From: Porphyridium purpureum
Lineage: Eukaryota
Direction: 5' to 3'
DNA length: 64,000 nucleotides
Assembly: GCA_008690995.1 (NCBI GenBank)
Contig: VRMN01000001.1
Span: 248,001-312,000, forward strand
The number at the start of each line of letters is the position of its first letter. The stretch's first letter is position 1. The position numbers and the translations under genes are program-made. Under the pieces are notes generated by a model. That model was not told the origin of the DNA. It made no database searches and saw only the letters and a program-made list of their open reading frames with translations. Below, piece after piece: positions 1-12,378 of this stretch.

Positions 1-857
1 GACTTGGATCCCACGTACTCGAGAATATCGTAAACCAGTATACCAAGTGGTGAATCAATGCGAGGCTGCCTAGTCAGCGCACTTACGAGAATGCTGCGCA
101 ACGGTACCAGCACACGCCGAAGATTTTCTCGAACGTCATGTGAGAGCAAAAGGCGTGCCTGAACGCACATGTCCTGGTGCTTGATTTCCGGGTGAGGGGC
201 CAGGAGACACAAAGTTTCTCCCATGCACGGAAAGCCATTTCCATCCGGGTCGCTGGCACTGAGGGAGCGTCGCGGAAGGACTAGCAGCGAACGAGCGAGA
301 TCAAGGCAAAGGTCCTTCCCAAAAACGCCGGCGAGTTCGTTCCGAAGCTGAGAGTTGGTCTCCGATGCGTTAAAGTTCAGCGCACAGTCTTCGAGGAAGA
401 CAACCAACTTGTGCACGAAAAGGCACGTTCGGACACCCACGCCTGCTGCCGTTTTCTTTCGCAGCCACGCAAAATGTGAGAACAGTAGCCAGAGTGCGGT
501 CTTCCGCTCACTTTTGTGATCAAATCTGGCAGTCGAGGAAGCCAAGAGCCGCAAGTAGTGCAGCACGCGCTGCGGATTTACCACAACAAGACTCAGCGTC
601 ACAAACAGCAAATGTGCACTCGGCTTTCTTGCAAACAGCGCCTCGTCTAGGATCGCCGGAACGCATATTCGCTCGACGAGCTCGCGTTTCTCCAGCACCG
701 CCGCACGTGACGTCGCACGACCGCCATGCTCCTCTGGCACATGCAAGTACGCGTACACATGCTGCAAAAACTCTGTCGCGTTCGCTTGGTTTGACAACCA
801 GTGCTCTGAACGCTCCAAGCGCGCGGCAATCTTTTGCACGCCCCACGGCCCAGCCAT
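1..857 (-). CDS. Hypothetical protein, truncated by the left window edge (at least 285 codons)
   Basis: Manual translation from ATG 857 (MAGPWGVQKIAARLERSEHWLSNQ...) is open to the window edge. It is absent from the ORF track because no stop is in the window. No family recognised. Confidence 0.7.
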   Translation of the reverse strand, partial: MAGPWGVQKIAARLERSEHWLSNQANATEFLQHVYAYLHVPEEHGGRATSRAAVLEKRELVERICVPAILDEALFARKPSAHLLFVTLSLVVVNPQRVLHYLRLLASSTARFDHKSERKTALWLLFSHFAWLRKKTAAGVGVRTCLFVHKLVVFLEDCALNFNASETNSQLRNELAGVFGKDLCLDLARSLLVLPRRSLSASDPDGNGFPCMGETLCLLAPHPEIKHQDMCVQARLLLSHDVRENLRRVLVPLRSILVSALTRQPRIDSPLGILVYDILEYVGSK

Positions 858-1582
858 CCGCCTTGCTCAAGTCCGACGGCGCGCGCTTCGGCGCCACTAA
901 ACACACTTCTGACGCCGCAGACGAAGAGGAAGAAGAATCATGTCACGGCGATCAAGCAAGTCTTGCGCAGCTGCAGGCGAAGGCACACGGGAAAATTCTT
1001 GCCTGCGCAGTCGTATTCCGCTTTGCGCGACGACGTAATTGCCGCTGCAATGGAATTGGCTCTTCCTGAAACGTACCTTCGGGATGCGACCGCTGTCGCA
1101 TTTGCTCTTTGACGATGACGGTGTTGCTGACGCCAGCCTTGTATGACTCGAAATGCAACGGAAGGGAGCTCTCTTCGGATTGCGGCCTTCGGAAAGATTG
1201 CATCCGGAGTTTTCAGATATGTTAGATTTATTCTTTGCACCCGTCCAGAGGTCTACGGCTTCTGCACGTGCGTCGGACTTGGCACGTGGCTCGAACCATG
1301 AACCGCAGGCAACGCTCCCTTTGGCTCGCCTTCGTTCAGGATGAGGAAAAGAGGTCAGTGCGGCTTTCAAGGTAGAGCAAATCTTGACGTTTGTACCTCA
1401 CTCCCCGCCTGGTCCGCCCATTTTGTGACTTGCCTCGCATGGATTCCGTACTTTCGGATCTACCAAGATGTCTGCTTCATCCAGTGCTCCTTCGCGATGC
1501 GCAGGCACGGCGTGTTCTCGAAAGCAAAGCGTCGATGATATTTCTCTCCGTACATGTAAAGTCATGAAATTGTACAAGGTTG

Positions 1583-3253
1583 TCACCAGCTCGCGGACTG
1601 CAGCACGAGACTAGCCAGGATGCTCTGGTATAGGACGCTGTCCTTGTTGGACTCGTCAACGATAGAGTCCACCAGCTGTTTGATGTCCGACGGAGACGCC
1701 TTGCGCGCGCGCTGCTGAGCCAGAAACTGTTCAGCGACTTGGCGCAGCCTTGTAATTGCCATGGACAAGTCACGGTGGATCGCATTGTCATTGGCTTCAT
1801 CGTCCTGCTCCTCTGTTCTCACCCCGCTCCGCCGGAGCGCATCGCGCGAGCGCAGAGCTTGAACGCGTGTATTGAGTGCCGCACTCATTTGTCCGTTAGT
1901 TGACAATGTGTTGTCCGTGATTTCTCCAGCTTTCGAAATCGCAACGGCTGATTCTAGTTCTTCATCCGTTGCATCTTGAAAGAAGCCAAAGGACGCCGAA
2001 TCCTTGGCGTAACCGCGTCCCTCTACGCGTTGTTGATGTCCAATATCCTTTCCGCCGCGACGGCGCTTAATGGGAGGTTGTTCACGCAGTGCCAAACTTG
2101 CGACCGCGGACTGTGCTCGAGCTTGACTGATCGTCCCCAGCCGGACGTTTGTGATGATTCCTTCTGAGCGAGAAATTTTGTTGTGGGCACTCGTAAGTGG
2201 TGAGCTCTCCTTTTCACCCAAGCGCTTGGTTGTGTCATCGCCGGCATGATCCGCAGCGGCACCTCCACCATCAAAGGCCTTGATATCAGGGTCTTGTGCT
2301 GGGATAGTTATACCGCGGGTGTGTTCAGCCTCATTTCCCTTGCTCTTGAGTGAAAAGACTGGCTGACGCTGTCCTTCATGCATGTGATACTGACGACCAC
2401 CTGAGCTCAGTGAAGTGCTTTCTCCATGACTGCTGTCCCTGGAATTCTGTTCGGCTGGGTGTGAAAATACAGACTCGTCTTGAGAAGGCAGACAAGCCCC
2501 TCCTGATTGCGCAGAAGGCTCGAGAAATGCAGGCTCTCGATTGGAAATTCGTGTAGACGAGAGGTGGCCGACACCACGGTCCTCGCTGCTGCCCACGGAA
2601 GCAAAGCGGGCTTTCGCTTCTCCTTGTGAAGCGGGGTCGCCGGGCGGCGTCACGGAGGCATGATGGATAGCATCTATCTGTTCACCCTCTAATTGATGAT
2701 GATCCTCACTAGAATCCGCCGTCAAGGACGGACTTAAGCTAAACAAACTTCCTTCTAAGTAAACTGTCGACGCAAACGTCCTCTTCGGGTCGCTGTCAAA
2801 CACAATCATGAATTTGAGCTCCGATTCATGGTACACGTTCAGCTCTCGCGGGACGAGGGCTTTTGTCCGACAGACGATCTCAATCCCGAAGCGAGGCATT
2901 GTCGCGCACGCCAACTTGTCGAAGCCTCGTATCGCTTTCATGGACAGGTTCCTCGACACGACTCTTCCGGAGCTTTTCTCGTTGAAGCGCAGCTCGCCTT
3001 TCAAAAACACGCGGGCCTCTCCGTGACATGTCACATCGCTCGGCAGTTCAACCCACAGAGTGTAATGGTAATTCTTGCCCAGACGGTCCACTTTCCTGCC
3101 GGCCATCCAGGTGCGCAGCGGACTGTGCTGCTGCACGTGCACGAGCGCCGCGTGCTGCGTCGCTCGGTCCGGTTCGTCCTCCAGCATAACCAGCGTTTTC
3201 AGTTCCAGGGCGCGGTCACATGGCGGCGAGCATGTGCATGGAAGTAACGGCAT
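1583..3253 (-). CDS. Hypothetical protein, 556 aa (globular-looking N-terminus, long low-complexity middle)
   Basis: Long uninterrupted ORF; no motif recognised. Confidence 0.7.
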   Translation of the reverse strand: MPLLPCTCSPPCDRALELKTLVMLEDEPDRATQHAALVHVQQHSPLRTWMAGRKVDRLGKNYHYTLWVELPSDVTCHGEARVFLKGELRFNEKSSGRVVSRNLSMKAIRGFDKLACATMPRFGIEIVCRTKALVPRELNVYHESELKFMIVFDSDPKRTFASTVYLEGSLFSLSPSLTADSSEDHHQLEGEQIDAIHHASVTPPGDPASQGEAKARFASVGSSEDRGVGHLSSTRISNREPAFLEPSAQSGGACLPSQDESVFSHPAEQNSRDSSHGESTSLSSGGRQYHMHEGQRQPVFSLKSKGNEAEHTRGITIPAQDPDIKAFDGGGAAADHAGDDTTKRLGEKESSPLTSAHNKISRSEGIITNVRLGTISQARAQSAVASLALREQPPIKRRRGGKDIGHQQRVEGRGYAKDSASFGFFQDATDEELESAVAISKAGEITDNTLSTNGQMSAALNTRVQALRSRDALRRSGVRTEEQDDEANDNAIHRDLSMAITRLRQVAEQFLAQQRARKASPSDIKQLVDSIVDESNKDSVLYQSILASLVLQSASW

Positions 3254-3991
3254 TCCGAGGGCACGGGCGAGCCGTGTTTCCCTCCGTGCGGCCCGACCCG
3301 ACCGACTGCCTCTTCGTGTCGGTCCCTGCAGCAGCGTTACTCAGAACTGCAGCATCCGGCGCCAATCGGCACGCTGACAGCGCGCCCAGAAGCCGGGGGT
3401 ACAGCTTGAGTTTTCGTTTCTGAGCGAGAAGACGCCGGCAGCGCTCTTTCCCTCCTGACGGTGTGCCACTTGCTGATGAAGAGGACAGATGCCTGTATGC
3501 CATGGAACCCGTGCGAAAGGTGCATCACGGACTGCGCTTGGAAGATTGAACGCACCGATGTGCAGGCCCTGGGCGGCGGCGCACAATGACGCGTGCCCGG
3601 TTGCCAGAGACGGAGCGTGCAGGTCGGGGCGCACGGTGCTGGCGTGCCGCAAGCACGTGAGAAGATTTGGCGTTTCAGCCTCTGGAATGGATCATTCGCT
3701 TGGGTCTCGAACGCACAGCGCAGGAAATGCTGAGAAAGAAAAATTTAAGAACTAGCAGGTTACGTGTCTCGATGTGCGCTAAGTATCAAACGAAATTTTC
3801 GGAGCAGGCCATCGCTCGAGCTTTCACGCTCAAGCCTTCCCGCCCATTATGAATTCAAAGGATTAATGGATTCCTGAAAGCGTCCAGGTTCCAAAGCGGG
3901 AGAGAGTTCAGATTTGGCAGCAACTGCAGAAGAACGTTGCATCCATGCCGATGGCACGGGCGCAAGACCGTCCAGACTGCAGAAAGGCTCA

Positions 3992-5914
3992 CTAATACAG
4001 AGTGTCAATGAGAGCCTCGTACTTCTTGGATATCACGCTGCGCTTCATTTTGAGCGTTGGAGTAAGTTCGCCGTTCTCAATGCTAAAGTCCTGGTCCAGA
4101 ATGGCAAACTTTTGCAGCTTGGAAGCATTGGATACTGCAAGCAAGTTCGCGGCCTTTACGCCGGCGCTCAGGTACTCCTTCCACAACTCCGACTCCTTCG
4201 CTTCCGCGACGGTCGTACATGCAGGGTCCACGTCCAATGCTGGGCCGGAAAGCTTGGTCGAATCGCCTTCCAGTCCGCGAAGAACAAATAACACGACAAG
4301 GAACTTGCGCTTGTCTCCAATGACAATGGCGCGCGAGATGCCACTCATGGCGTCCAACAGATTCTGCTCAACAGGCACTGGGGCGATGTTCTCTCCTCCG
4401 CTGGTGATAATAAGCTCCTTGAAGCGGCCAGTCACGCTCAAAAAGCCATCCTTATCTACCTTGCCCATGTCGCCAGTATGCACAAAGCCATCATCATCTA
4501 TGGCCGCCTTGGTTGAGTCGTCGTCCTTGAGATAGCCCATGAACACGTTTCGGCCCCGGAAGCAGATTTCGCCCTCCTGGTTTTCATCGGGATTCATGAT
4601 CACCATGTCCACATTCTCCAGCGCGGTGCCGCAAGTGCCAAACTTGTAGTTCCATGGACGGTTCACGGAAATGGGTCCCGTGGCCTCCGACGCACCGTAC
4701 AGATCGCACACACGGATGTAGATCGAGCGAAAGTACGCCAGCGTGGCATCTGGCATGGGAGCACCGCTAGTCACAAACAACCGACACCTGTCCAGCCCGA
4801 GCTTTGCCTTGACTGTGTCAAATACAACCTTTTTTGCAATGGTAAAGCCGTACGGAAGGGGCTCGCCACGATCTTCATTATTCATTGCGGTGGTGCCTAC
4901 ACCCTTTGCCCAGCCGGAGATCAGCTTGAGAATGTATGGTGCCTTCTGACCTGCTTCAAGCATTTTTTCATGCATCTTTTCCCATACCCGCGGCACGGCA
5001 AGAAAGATAGTCGGTCGAGACTTGCACAACGTCTGAACCAACGTACCCTTCAGCGCATCCGGCCCGGCAAAGTGCACAACAAAGCCTAGCACTGCGGGAC
5101 CTTTCATGTCGATCATGTTGGCTGCAATGTGGCTCAGTGGCAGAAATGACACAAAGACGTCAGTTTCTCGCACACCGGCCGCATCCTCCATCACCAACGC
5201 CGAAAAGACGATGTTATCGTGGGAAATCATCACCGCCTTTGGTGGACCCGTTGTCCCTGATGTGTAGACTAACATGGCGCACCGGTCAGGTGTCTGCGAT
5301 GCAATGATCTGGTCCAGCGCACTGTCCGCCTGCTGGCCGGCTTCCTCGGAGGAAAAGGCGCCGAGCTTGCAAAAGTCGTCAAAGCTGTACAGCAAGGCCT
5401 CTTCAGCAGGCACATCTGCGGCGGCGACATTCCAGAAAACGATGGCCTTGAGCTTGGGAAGCTTTGATTTGATGCTCAGAATCTTTGCGAGGTTCGTCTT
5501 TCCCTCCACGAACACGGCGCTCGAGCCGCTGTGGCCGATAATGTACTGACAAAGATCGGCATTATTGGTGGTGTAAATGCCAGCCGCGACCCCGCCGGCC
5601 ATAATCGCGCCGACGTCGGCGCAGAACCACTCGAGCGAGTTGAAGCCCATGATCGAGACCCCGTCGAAGGGCTGCATGCCGATGCGGATCAAGGCGCGCG
5701 CAACCTCGCGGCACTTATCGTACCACTGCTGGCGCGTGAGCTCAGTGCCGTCATTCAGTACGAGCTGCACGGCATCCGGCCGCTCGGCCACCTTGAGCGC
5801 AAACGCTTCCGGGAAGGTCATGCGCGGGATGTCCTTGCTCGCGTGCAGCGCCGGATCCTGTGCGTCGCGCACGACGCGCTCCGCGTCAATGGCAGTCACC
5901 CACGTCGGCGACAT
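3992..5914 (-). CDS. Long-chain fatty acyl-CoA synthetase (AMP-binding, bubblegum/ACSBG-like)
   Basis: Motifs YTSGTTGPPKAVMISHDN, LPLSHIAA, YGASE, HTGDMG, GRFKELIITSGGENIAP, ELTPTLKMKR. Start taken at MSPTWVT; an upstream ATG at 6070 is possible. Confidence 0.93.
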   Translation of the reverse strand: MSPTWVTAIDAERVVRDAQDPALHASKDIPRMTFPEAFALKVAERPDAVQLVLNDGTELTRQQWYDKCREVARALIRIGMQPFDGVSIMGFNSLEWFCADVGAIMAGGVAAGIYTTNNADLCQYIIGHSGSSAVFVEGKTNLAKILSIKSKLPKLKAIVFWNVAAADVPAEEALLYSFDDFCKLGAFSSEEAGQQADSALDQIIASQTPDRCAMLVYTSGTTGPPKAVMISHDNIVFSALVMEDAAGVRETDVFVSFLPLSHIAANMIDMKGPAVLGFVVHFAGPDALKGTLVQTLCKSRPTIFLAVPRVWEKMHEKMLEAGQKAPYILKLISGWAKGVGTTAMNNEDRGEPLPYGFTIAKKVVFDTVKAKLGLDRCRLFVTSGAPMPDATLAYFRSIYIRVCDLYGASEATGPISVNRPWNYKFGTCGTALENVDMVIMNPDENQEGEICFRGRNVFMGYLKDDDSTKAAIDDDGFVHTGDMGKVDKDGFLSVTGRFKELIITSGGENIAPVPVEQNLLDAMSGISRAIVIGDKRKFLVVLFVLRGLEGDSTKLSGPALDVDPACTTVAEAKESELWKEYLSAGVKAANLLAVSNASKLQKFAILDQDFSIENGELTPTLKMKRSVISKKYEALIDTLY

Positions 5915-7769
5915 GTTGAACGCGCAGTTTCCGTACCTGTCGCAGCACGATCGTCCTTCAAGCTCTGTCCGCCGCGTTCTCCACGCGCTCTCCTTCCGCT
6001 CGCAAGTTCGAAATCTCTTCTTGCCGTAACGGAAACCACCCTGTCCCGAATCGAACTGTACTCCGAACATCGCGGAAGTACAGCGATCGTCGTTGTCATA
6101 GCGGACGCTGCTGTAACCCCGCGCACGGGAGGAGCCACTTTTATTCCTCAAACAGCGAAAGGAGTCTCTTTACACCCCATGGCGACAAAAAGCACGTGAA
6201 CGTCCCTCCTCGTCCCTTCCTCCTGCCGGTCACTTTGCCTGCCTTGATACTAAAGTACCTTTCGGTCGACCGAATGGCCCATTTCTCTCACTTTGCCACG
6301 CACATCGACGATGATTCGCTGGACGCTTCTTCGCGTCCACTCTGCCGAAAGTACAGCACCCACTGATTATTTTGCCAACAGACGCATTGGGAGTATGTCA
6401 CATTAGTTGGATATAAGCTGTAAGTTGTGTGCGCGCGGCGAGCAGGACAGCTCCAGAGCTCTTATTCACAGGGTGAAGCACAAACAGGCGCATCTCACGT
6501 CCTGTTCCCGCGATAGACTCGGTACACCGAGACGAGTCTATCATTCCCGAACTCATTCCCACGGACCCTAGGGAAAACTCCAAGATCCATTAGCTATTTC
6601 CAAAGAAAACTCTTCTTCTATCCCTTTCACCTCTAGTCTTTAGCTGTGAGCGCCGCTCTTGCTCGACGCTTCTTGCCCTTTTTTGTAAGTGTTCTTGTGC
6701 GACCGACAGTGACCTGGCCGAGCCGATGTACAGGCGTCGTACACTGTGAAACTTTCTTGCGCGGACTTTGTCCACACTTTAACACTGTGAATCACGGCTG
6801 TATTGGGAAATCGTCCGAGCACCAGGGTGTTTGGGACATGATCCTGTTTCTTGTGAGCGAAGAATGTGGAAATGAGCGTCCCGCTCCGTTTTCATTACAC
6901 AGTAAGGGCTCCGAATCGTGCTGCATCCACCGTCAGGCTCCCGCAAGGCATTGGATAGTTGTTACTCCTGTTTGAACCCCTTAGTAAGCCAAATTTATGA
7001 TGTCAACATCATTAACTTGGCTACTTTTCTCTACATTCGCCTCACCTCACACGTGCGTGCTGCTATACATGCCGCCAATTTTGACAAGCAGCGACGGCGC
7101 TCGTGAAGGTCCTGGTCAGATGCAAAGTCGTGCGCGAGCTCTGGTGTGTATTCGGTGTACACGTGTACGCGTTCCGACAGAAATAAAAAAATGATACCCT
7201 AAGTGGGCTGGGATTGCACGGTTGAAGTTCATTGACTTGTGTCAGGAAATCAGTCCTACAACAAAGCAATTACTTTTTTCGTACTCTTCATCATCTCTAG
7301 TATCTCGCTGTGCTACTCAAGCTATCAAATCGCTGCCGAGGAACATGTCTTTTCATTCCCTGTGTGTAAACGAAACCAGTTCATGTGTGTATGTATTGCA
7401 GCACCAGAGACCCACGCATAGCTGGACACGGCCTTGCTGGCCGTGACGCATGGACTTGAACTTGCGTGTTGCTATCTTTAGCTTTGCTCTGGATACAAGG
7501 TCTGAAACTGAGATTTTACCATGGGCGTTTCTTTTCAGTCGGCTTTGCTTCTTTTCTTTCTTTTCGGTTTTTTCTTTCCTTGTCCGATCGAAAGTGGGCT
7601 CCTTCCTCAAGCGCTTGACATTTGATCTCCTCTCGTTCACATTCACTGGTGAGCTTACAAAGGGTTTGCGGGGTCCAAGGTGTCTTGGTCTAGGGCGCGT
7701 CAGCGTCGTCTTTCCTGCTCGACATGACTTTGGACTCGTCCGGTACTGAAACATTGTGCCAATGTCTAG

Positions 7770-8040
7770 TTTCCTTTTATCTTGGCGAGGGTATTGGACA
7801 GGTTAAGCTGACCTCGAAATTAGCAGATCTGATCGATTTCATGGCGCTAAATTGCATCTCGGTTGATGGCCGGTTTAAGCATAAGGCGCTTGTCTGTGAC
7901 GACTTTGGCTGTCATGATGGTGTCGAAGATGCTCTTGGTGTCCATGGACACCCCCAGATCGACATCTTTTCGATTGCTTTTGAGCAGGTGCTGGACGTAG
8001 ACGCCTGTATCAAGTCATCGTCCCGTCCCGGTACATAGGC
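7770..8040 (-). pseudogene. Ty1/copia RNase H remnant
   Basis: Minus frame reads DLGVSMDTKSIFDTIMTAKVVTDKRLML...RDAI*RHEIDQIC*FRGQLNLSNTLAK, i.e. the copia RNase H C-terminal pattern with stops. Confidence 0.7.
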
Positions 8041-10576
8041 GCCAAGCACGCTCCTGACAAGTCGCCGCGTTTTGCGGGAGATCCACCGCAGCGGAATTCT
8101 GCAGCCTTGTTCGTCACATAGCACAAAAATAAACATCCTTTGTGAAGATAAGTCCGCGTAGTGCAAACGAAACGTCAGAGTAAAGCCGGAGCGCAAGTTT
8201 GCTCTCGAGCTTCAACATGGCAATCTACGTTTGTGCGGAATTGCAGTTCTTGTCCGCGTTTGAAAATGCAGTGTATCTTATTAGGCTCAGATGACTTTTC
8301 AGGGAATTGCATGGGAGCGCCAGTCACGAAAGAGGTTTGAAGGCTGGCCAAGGCGCTCAGCCAAGCCCACTTTTCACGCACAGTTCTTAGCTTTGCAAAT
8401 GTATGTCATGACACTCTCCTTCTTCACTGTACCTCCCACCATACCACTGCACTTTACCTCGCAAGTCCAACATTCATTCTCACTGGCACCTCCAGTTGCC
8501 ACAGAGATTCCCCAGTAGGGTAGATCAGAATATTTAAACGCGTCGCCGACGGCCCAATGACTATCTCGGAAAAGGGAAGGCCGATGAGGCCGATTGGATT
8601 GCGGTATAAATTGGCACTCCGTGGCTACGAGGCTAGAGGGCAGGGGCAATTTTATTAATCTGTCTTACTTTTAACTTTCATTTCCTGCTTGTCTTCCCTT
8701 ACTCTCGCGCTCTCTTCTCTCTGCCTCCAAGCTTGCTCGCGGATCTCTACGCATTTGAAGAAACCGTCATCCTGTGTTCACTAGCGTTACTGGTAGCAGT
8801 GTGAGAAAAAATGACAACGCGCCGGCCAGAATCCAGAACCTTTCCGGTAAGATTCCGGCAAGGTCACAGCGAGGCCACGGCACGGCCACAGCGAGGACTA
8901 GGTAGCCGCGGGGTTGGCGGAAAACACGCGGGTCGCACGACCCGGACGGAAAGGCGACCTGCATTGAAGCACCGACAATGCCACGTCCCACGCACATAGC
9001 AATTGCGTCGATATCCGTCGTCCTTGACGGGCTGCTCTTCTACCTTCACTTTGGCCAAGCGTACGTGCAGTCCTCCTTTGTGCTCGCAAAGATCGTCTCC
9101 ATACGTGCTTCTGAAGACGTGCGGAAACGGATTGCGGAAGCAACTGCAACCGAGATGAATGCACAAGTTCTGCGATTCTGAAAGCCCCTATGTGGCTGGA
9201 TAAACATGTTGGTTTCATATCATAAGTCACTAAGTGAAGTCGGCAGAATCGAGCTACGGTGTACGTAAAAGGCGTCTCGTGTTCGTGAAAGCTAGAAACC
9301 ATACTATCATCGACGTCCTTGGATTGTTAGTGGACGACACAAAAGCAACATCAAGTTTATTAATCTGAAATGAAACGCTAAACTGGCATGTGGTTACACC
9401 GTCTCTCGTTGAATCCAACGTCTACTATTTGGAGCTTCACAAAGATTTTCGGGAGGTCGGCTTGAGAAAATTGCATGGAATAGCATGCCGAGGCCTTTTC
9501 GACATACGTACACCCGCGGCACGTTGTGCGAATGGTCTCTCGACAAGGATAATTTAAAAAGAAGGGCAGGTTGAACTTTGAAGCCAAGGCTTGTTATACA
9601 AGGCGATCATCGCGGCCGCCATCGCGGCGAGATTTTGCTTAAATTTTCAACGGCGACACGCGTGAGCCAGCAAGTGCTGGCAAGCTCTGCCGTGACTTTA
9701 AAGGTGCCAATCGCGTAATGAGATTCTTCACAAGCATATGTGCAATCTACGCGCAAGTTATCCCGTGGCGTCTTCGTGCGCTTCCGTCCGCGAAAGCAGC
9801 GCGAATTGGAAGAGATTCTAGGTCCAATGCATAACCTGCGCCGCCTGAATCATCCATTGTACGGCCTGCAAGAGAGCGGGACTTACTGGTATTCCTCGCT
9901 CAAGGCTCAACTACAGAACAATGGATTTCGCCCAACCGTGCTAGACAGTGCTTTTCTTCGGCACGAAACAAACGAAGGCGTAGCAGACACGGTGGTCGAT
10001 GACATCATCACTTGTGGTTTGACGCATGTGATGGAGACCGAAGCAAAATGTGCCGAGAAGTTCAAAAACAAGTTGCGGGTTGGATCGCCACTCACCATCT
10101 CAGGCACATTGTACTGCCAGCGTGTCGAAAGCATGCTAATCTCCCAAAATACGTACATCAAGAATATGTCCGCCGGTCGGAAAGGAGGATTATTCCAAGA
10201 GCTCCGAGGCCAATTGTCGTATGTAGCGCACGCTGTCCACACAGACTGCCTTGCCACTGCGTCACTTTCTTCAAGATTTACGAAGAAACAATTCTAGTCT
10301 TGCCGTGCGGCACATTTGAATTATCGAACTGGCGAAATCCTAGAATCTCCGCGTAGAGAGCTAACATATTTTCCAACTCAGGGGACATACTACTGCATTT
10401 GTGCATTTGGCGATGCCAGTTACGCCACAAACGCGGAGAAGGCATCACAAACGGGTGTCTTTGTCTTTTTGGGGACACGCAGCAGCGACCGTGTACGTCC
10501 GCCCGTCATGAGTGGAAAATAATCAATCTTGTGTCATGTCGCGAGCGACGTGATGCAGGTCTCTCAGCACAGCGAG

Positions 10577-10874
10577 TGTTGTGGGTTTCAGGGTTAGCCG
10601 ACATGTCGTAGTATCACTCAGAACATACTAGATGCTGGTGCTGATGCACGTATCCTGCGGCGGTAGGCGCTCCTGTGCCCGAGCAGGGAACTTGGTAGTG
10701 ACGAGATTACGGCTTTGCGGGTATCAGAGCGTGCTCAGTCGAGCGACCCTGCGGCAGCGTAATGGAGAAGAAGGGCTACGGATTTAGGGAGTGAAAAGCG
10801 TAACATTGCACTGACAAGTATAAATTGTTTGTTTTTCTTCGACGAACATCTCAGTAGTGACAGAAGCATTAACA
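10577..10874. repeat. Solo LTR (family A) with 5-bp TSD GCGAG
   Basis: TGTT...AACA ends; GCGAG at 10572-10576 and 10875-10879; homologous along its length to 53758-54055. Confidence 0.9.
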
Positions 10875-10915
10875 GCGAGTACGTAGAAGTACGGTTGCTA
10901 AGTGTACTAAAAGTA

Positions 10916-12378
10916 CAGTTATCGGGTGTAAAGTGCGCACAAATAGGATAGGACCCTCCTACTTTTTTCCGACTTCATAGTAAATTTGATGGTTTTACTC
11001 TGTAGGGTAGCATTTTCCAACTTAGGTACAGTCAGAAGCGCGCGCAAAAAGGATAGGACCGGGGAAGAAGATCGGCGAAAACCCGGAGCTGGGCGTGGAC
11101 AGGTAGCACAGAGTTTGACCGTTGTGCAAGCGCATTGTCGGCACAGCCGCTCAGCTACCTTGGGGCGAAAAAACGGGCTTTTGGAGCGCGAAAAAGGGTC
11201 CATTTCGGTCTTCATGGCACCCAGCAACAGTCTGCACGCAATATCGGGCAAGGTAATGCGCTCCCGCAACGCTATTCGCCGCTTTTTGGCAGATCCTGAT
11301 GCCTACGGCTTGAACTACGTTTCGGACAACGCATTGAAGCCCACGCCGGCCGTTACTAAGAGGATCACAAATCCTGCAAGGTCGAGACAGTTTTCTACAG
11401 TACGCCAGATGGCGTAGAATCTGCGCCTGCGCGGGGCAAAGAACATTGAATCGTGGGCAACAATCCGGAAAGCCATGTATCAGGAGTTTGCCTTCCGCCG
11501 GATGCCAAAGAATCTGCCTTTGACAGTGGAAAGTAAGCGCAAAAGATTGGACTGGGCCAGAGCGCATATGGCGTTTGGCGAGAAGTGGAAGAAAGCTGTC
11601 TTTACGGACGAAAAGAAATTCAATCTGGACGGTCCGGATGGATTCCATGCCACATGGATGGGTAAGACGAAAGTTCCTGTTGCTTGCTGGTCTCGTTATA
11701 GTGGTGGTGGAAGCCTCATGGTTTGGGGTGCAATTTCAAGCCGTGGAAAACTGTGCCTTCACTTTGTTGAAGGCACGGTGACTGCTGTCAAGTACGTGCA
11801 CATGCTGCAGGAGAAAGAGCTCTTTCCGAAATGCCGAGCAGTTCCGGGCAATGACTTCATTTGGATGCATGACAACGCGAAACCGCACACTGCAAACCTG
11901 ACAGCAAACTTTTTCCGAGCAATGAACGTTAACGTCATGGAGTGGCCTGTGTACTCACCCGACTTTAACATTGTTGAGAATGTCTGGGGCATCCTTGCTC
12001 GGAAGGTTTTCGAGGATGGAAGACAATATACGACCGTGAACGGACTGAAGAGCGCTGTTCTTGCTGCATGGTACACCATCGAGCAGGCTACCATCGACAA
12101 CCTGTATTTGTCTGTGGAGGATCGCTTGTGGGAATGTGCGCGCCGTAATGGTGAATATATGTACGGTAATCCGAGTCAATTTCGCTTTCGTCTTGCTTCG
12201 TAATTGCTCGGGCAAATCTGGGGGTCCTATCCTTTTTAACCCTCTGTTTGGCCACTTTCCCTCTCCCTTCCTCCGTACCTTGTCCTTTTCATTGTAAAAA
12301 ACTGTCTTCTTTATATCAAACTCTAAAATTGACTAAGATGTGGTCGGGGGTCCCATCCATTCTGGTCGCACTTTACTG
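10916..12378 (+). mobile_element. Tc1/mariner DNA transposon (DD34E)
   Basis: Imperfect TIRs (TA-CAGT...GTAAAGTGCG...GGATAGGACC at left; GGTCCCATCC...CGCACTTTACTG at right) flank a Tc1 transposase frame. Confidence 0.85.
11160..12203 (+). pseudogene. Tc1-family DD34E transposase with one in-frame TAG (11415-11417) and TTG at the expected start
   Basis: Motifs FTDEKKFNLDGPDG, HDNAKPH, WPVYSPDFNIVENVW; 34 residues between the second D and the E. ORFs 10986-11417 and 11475-12203 are in the same frame. Confidence 0.9.
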
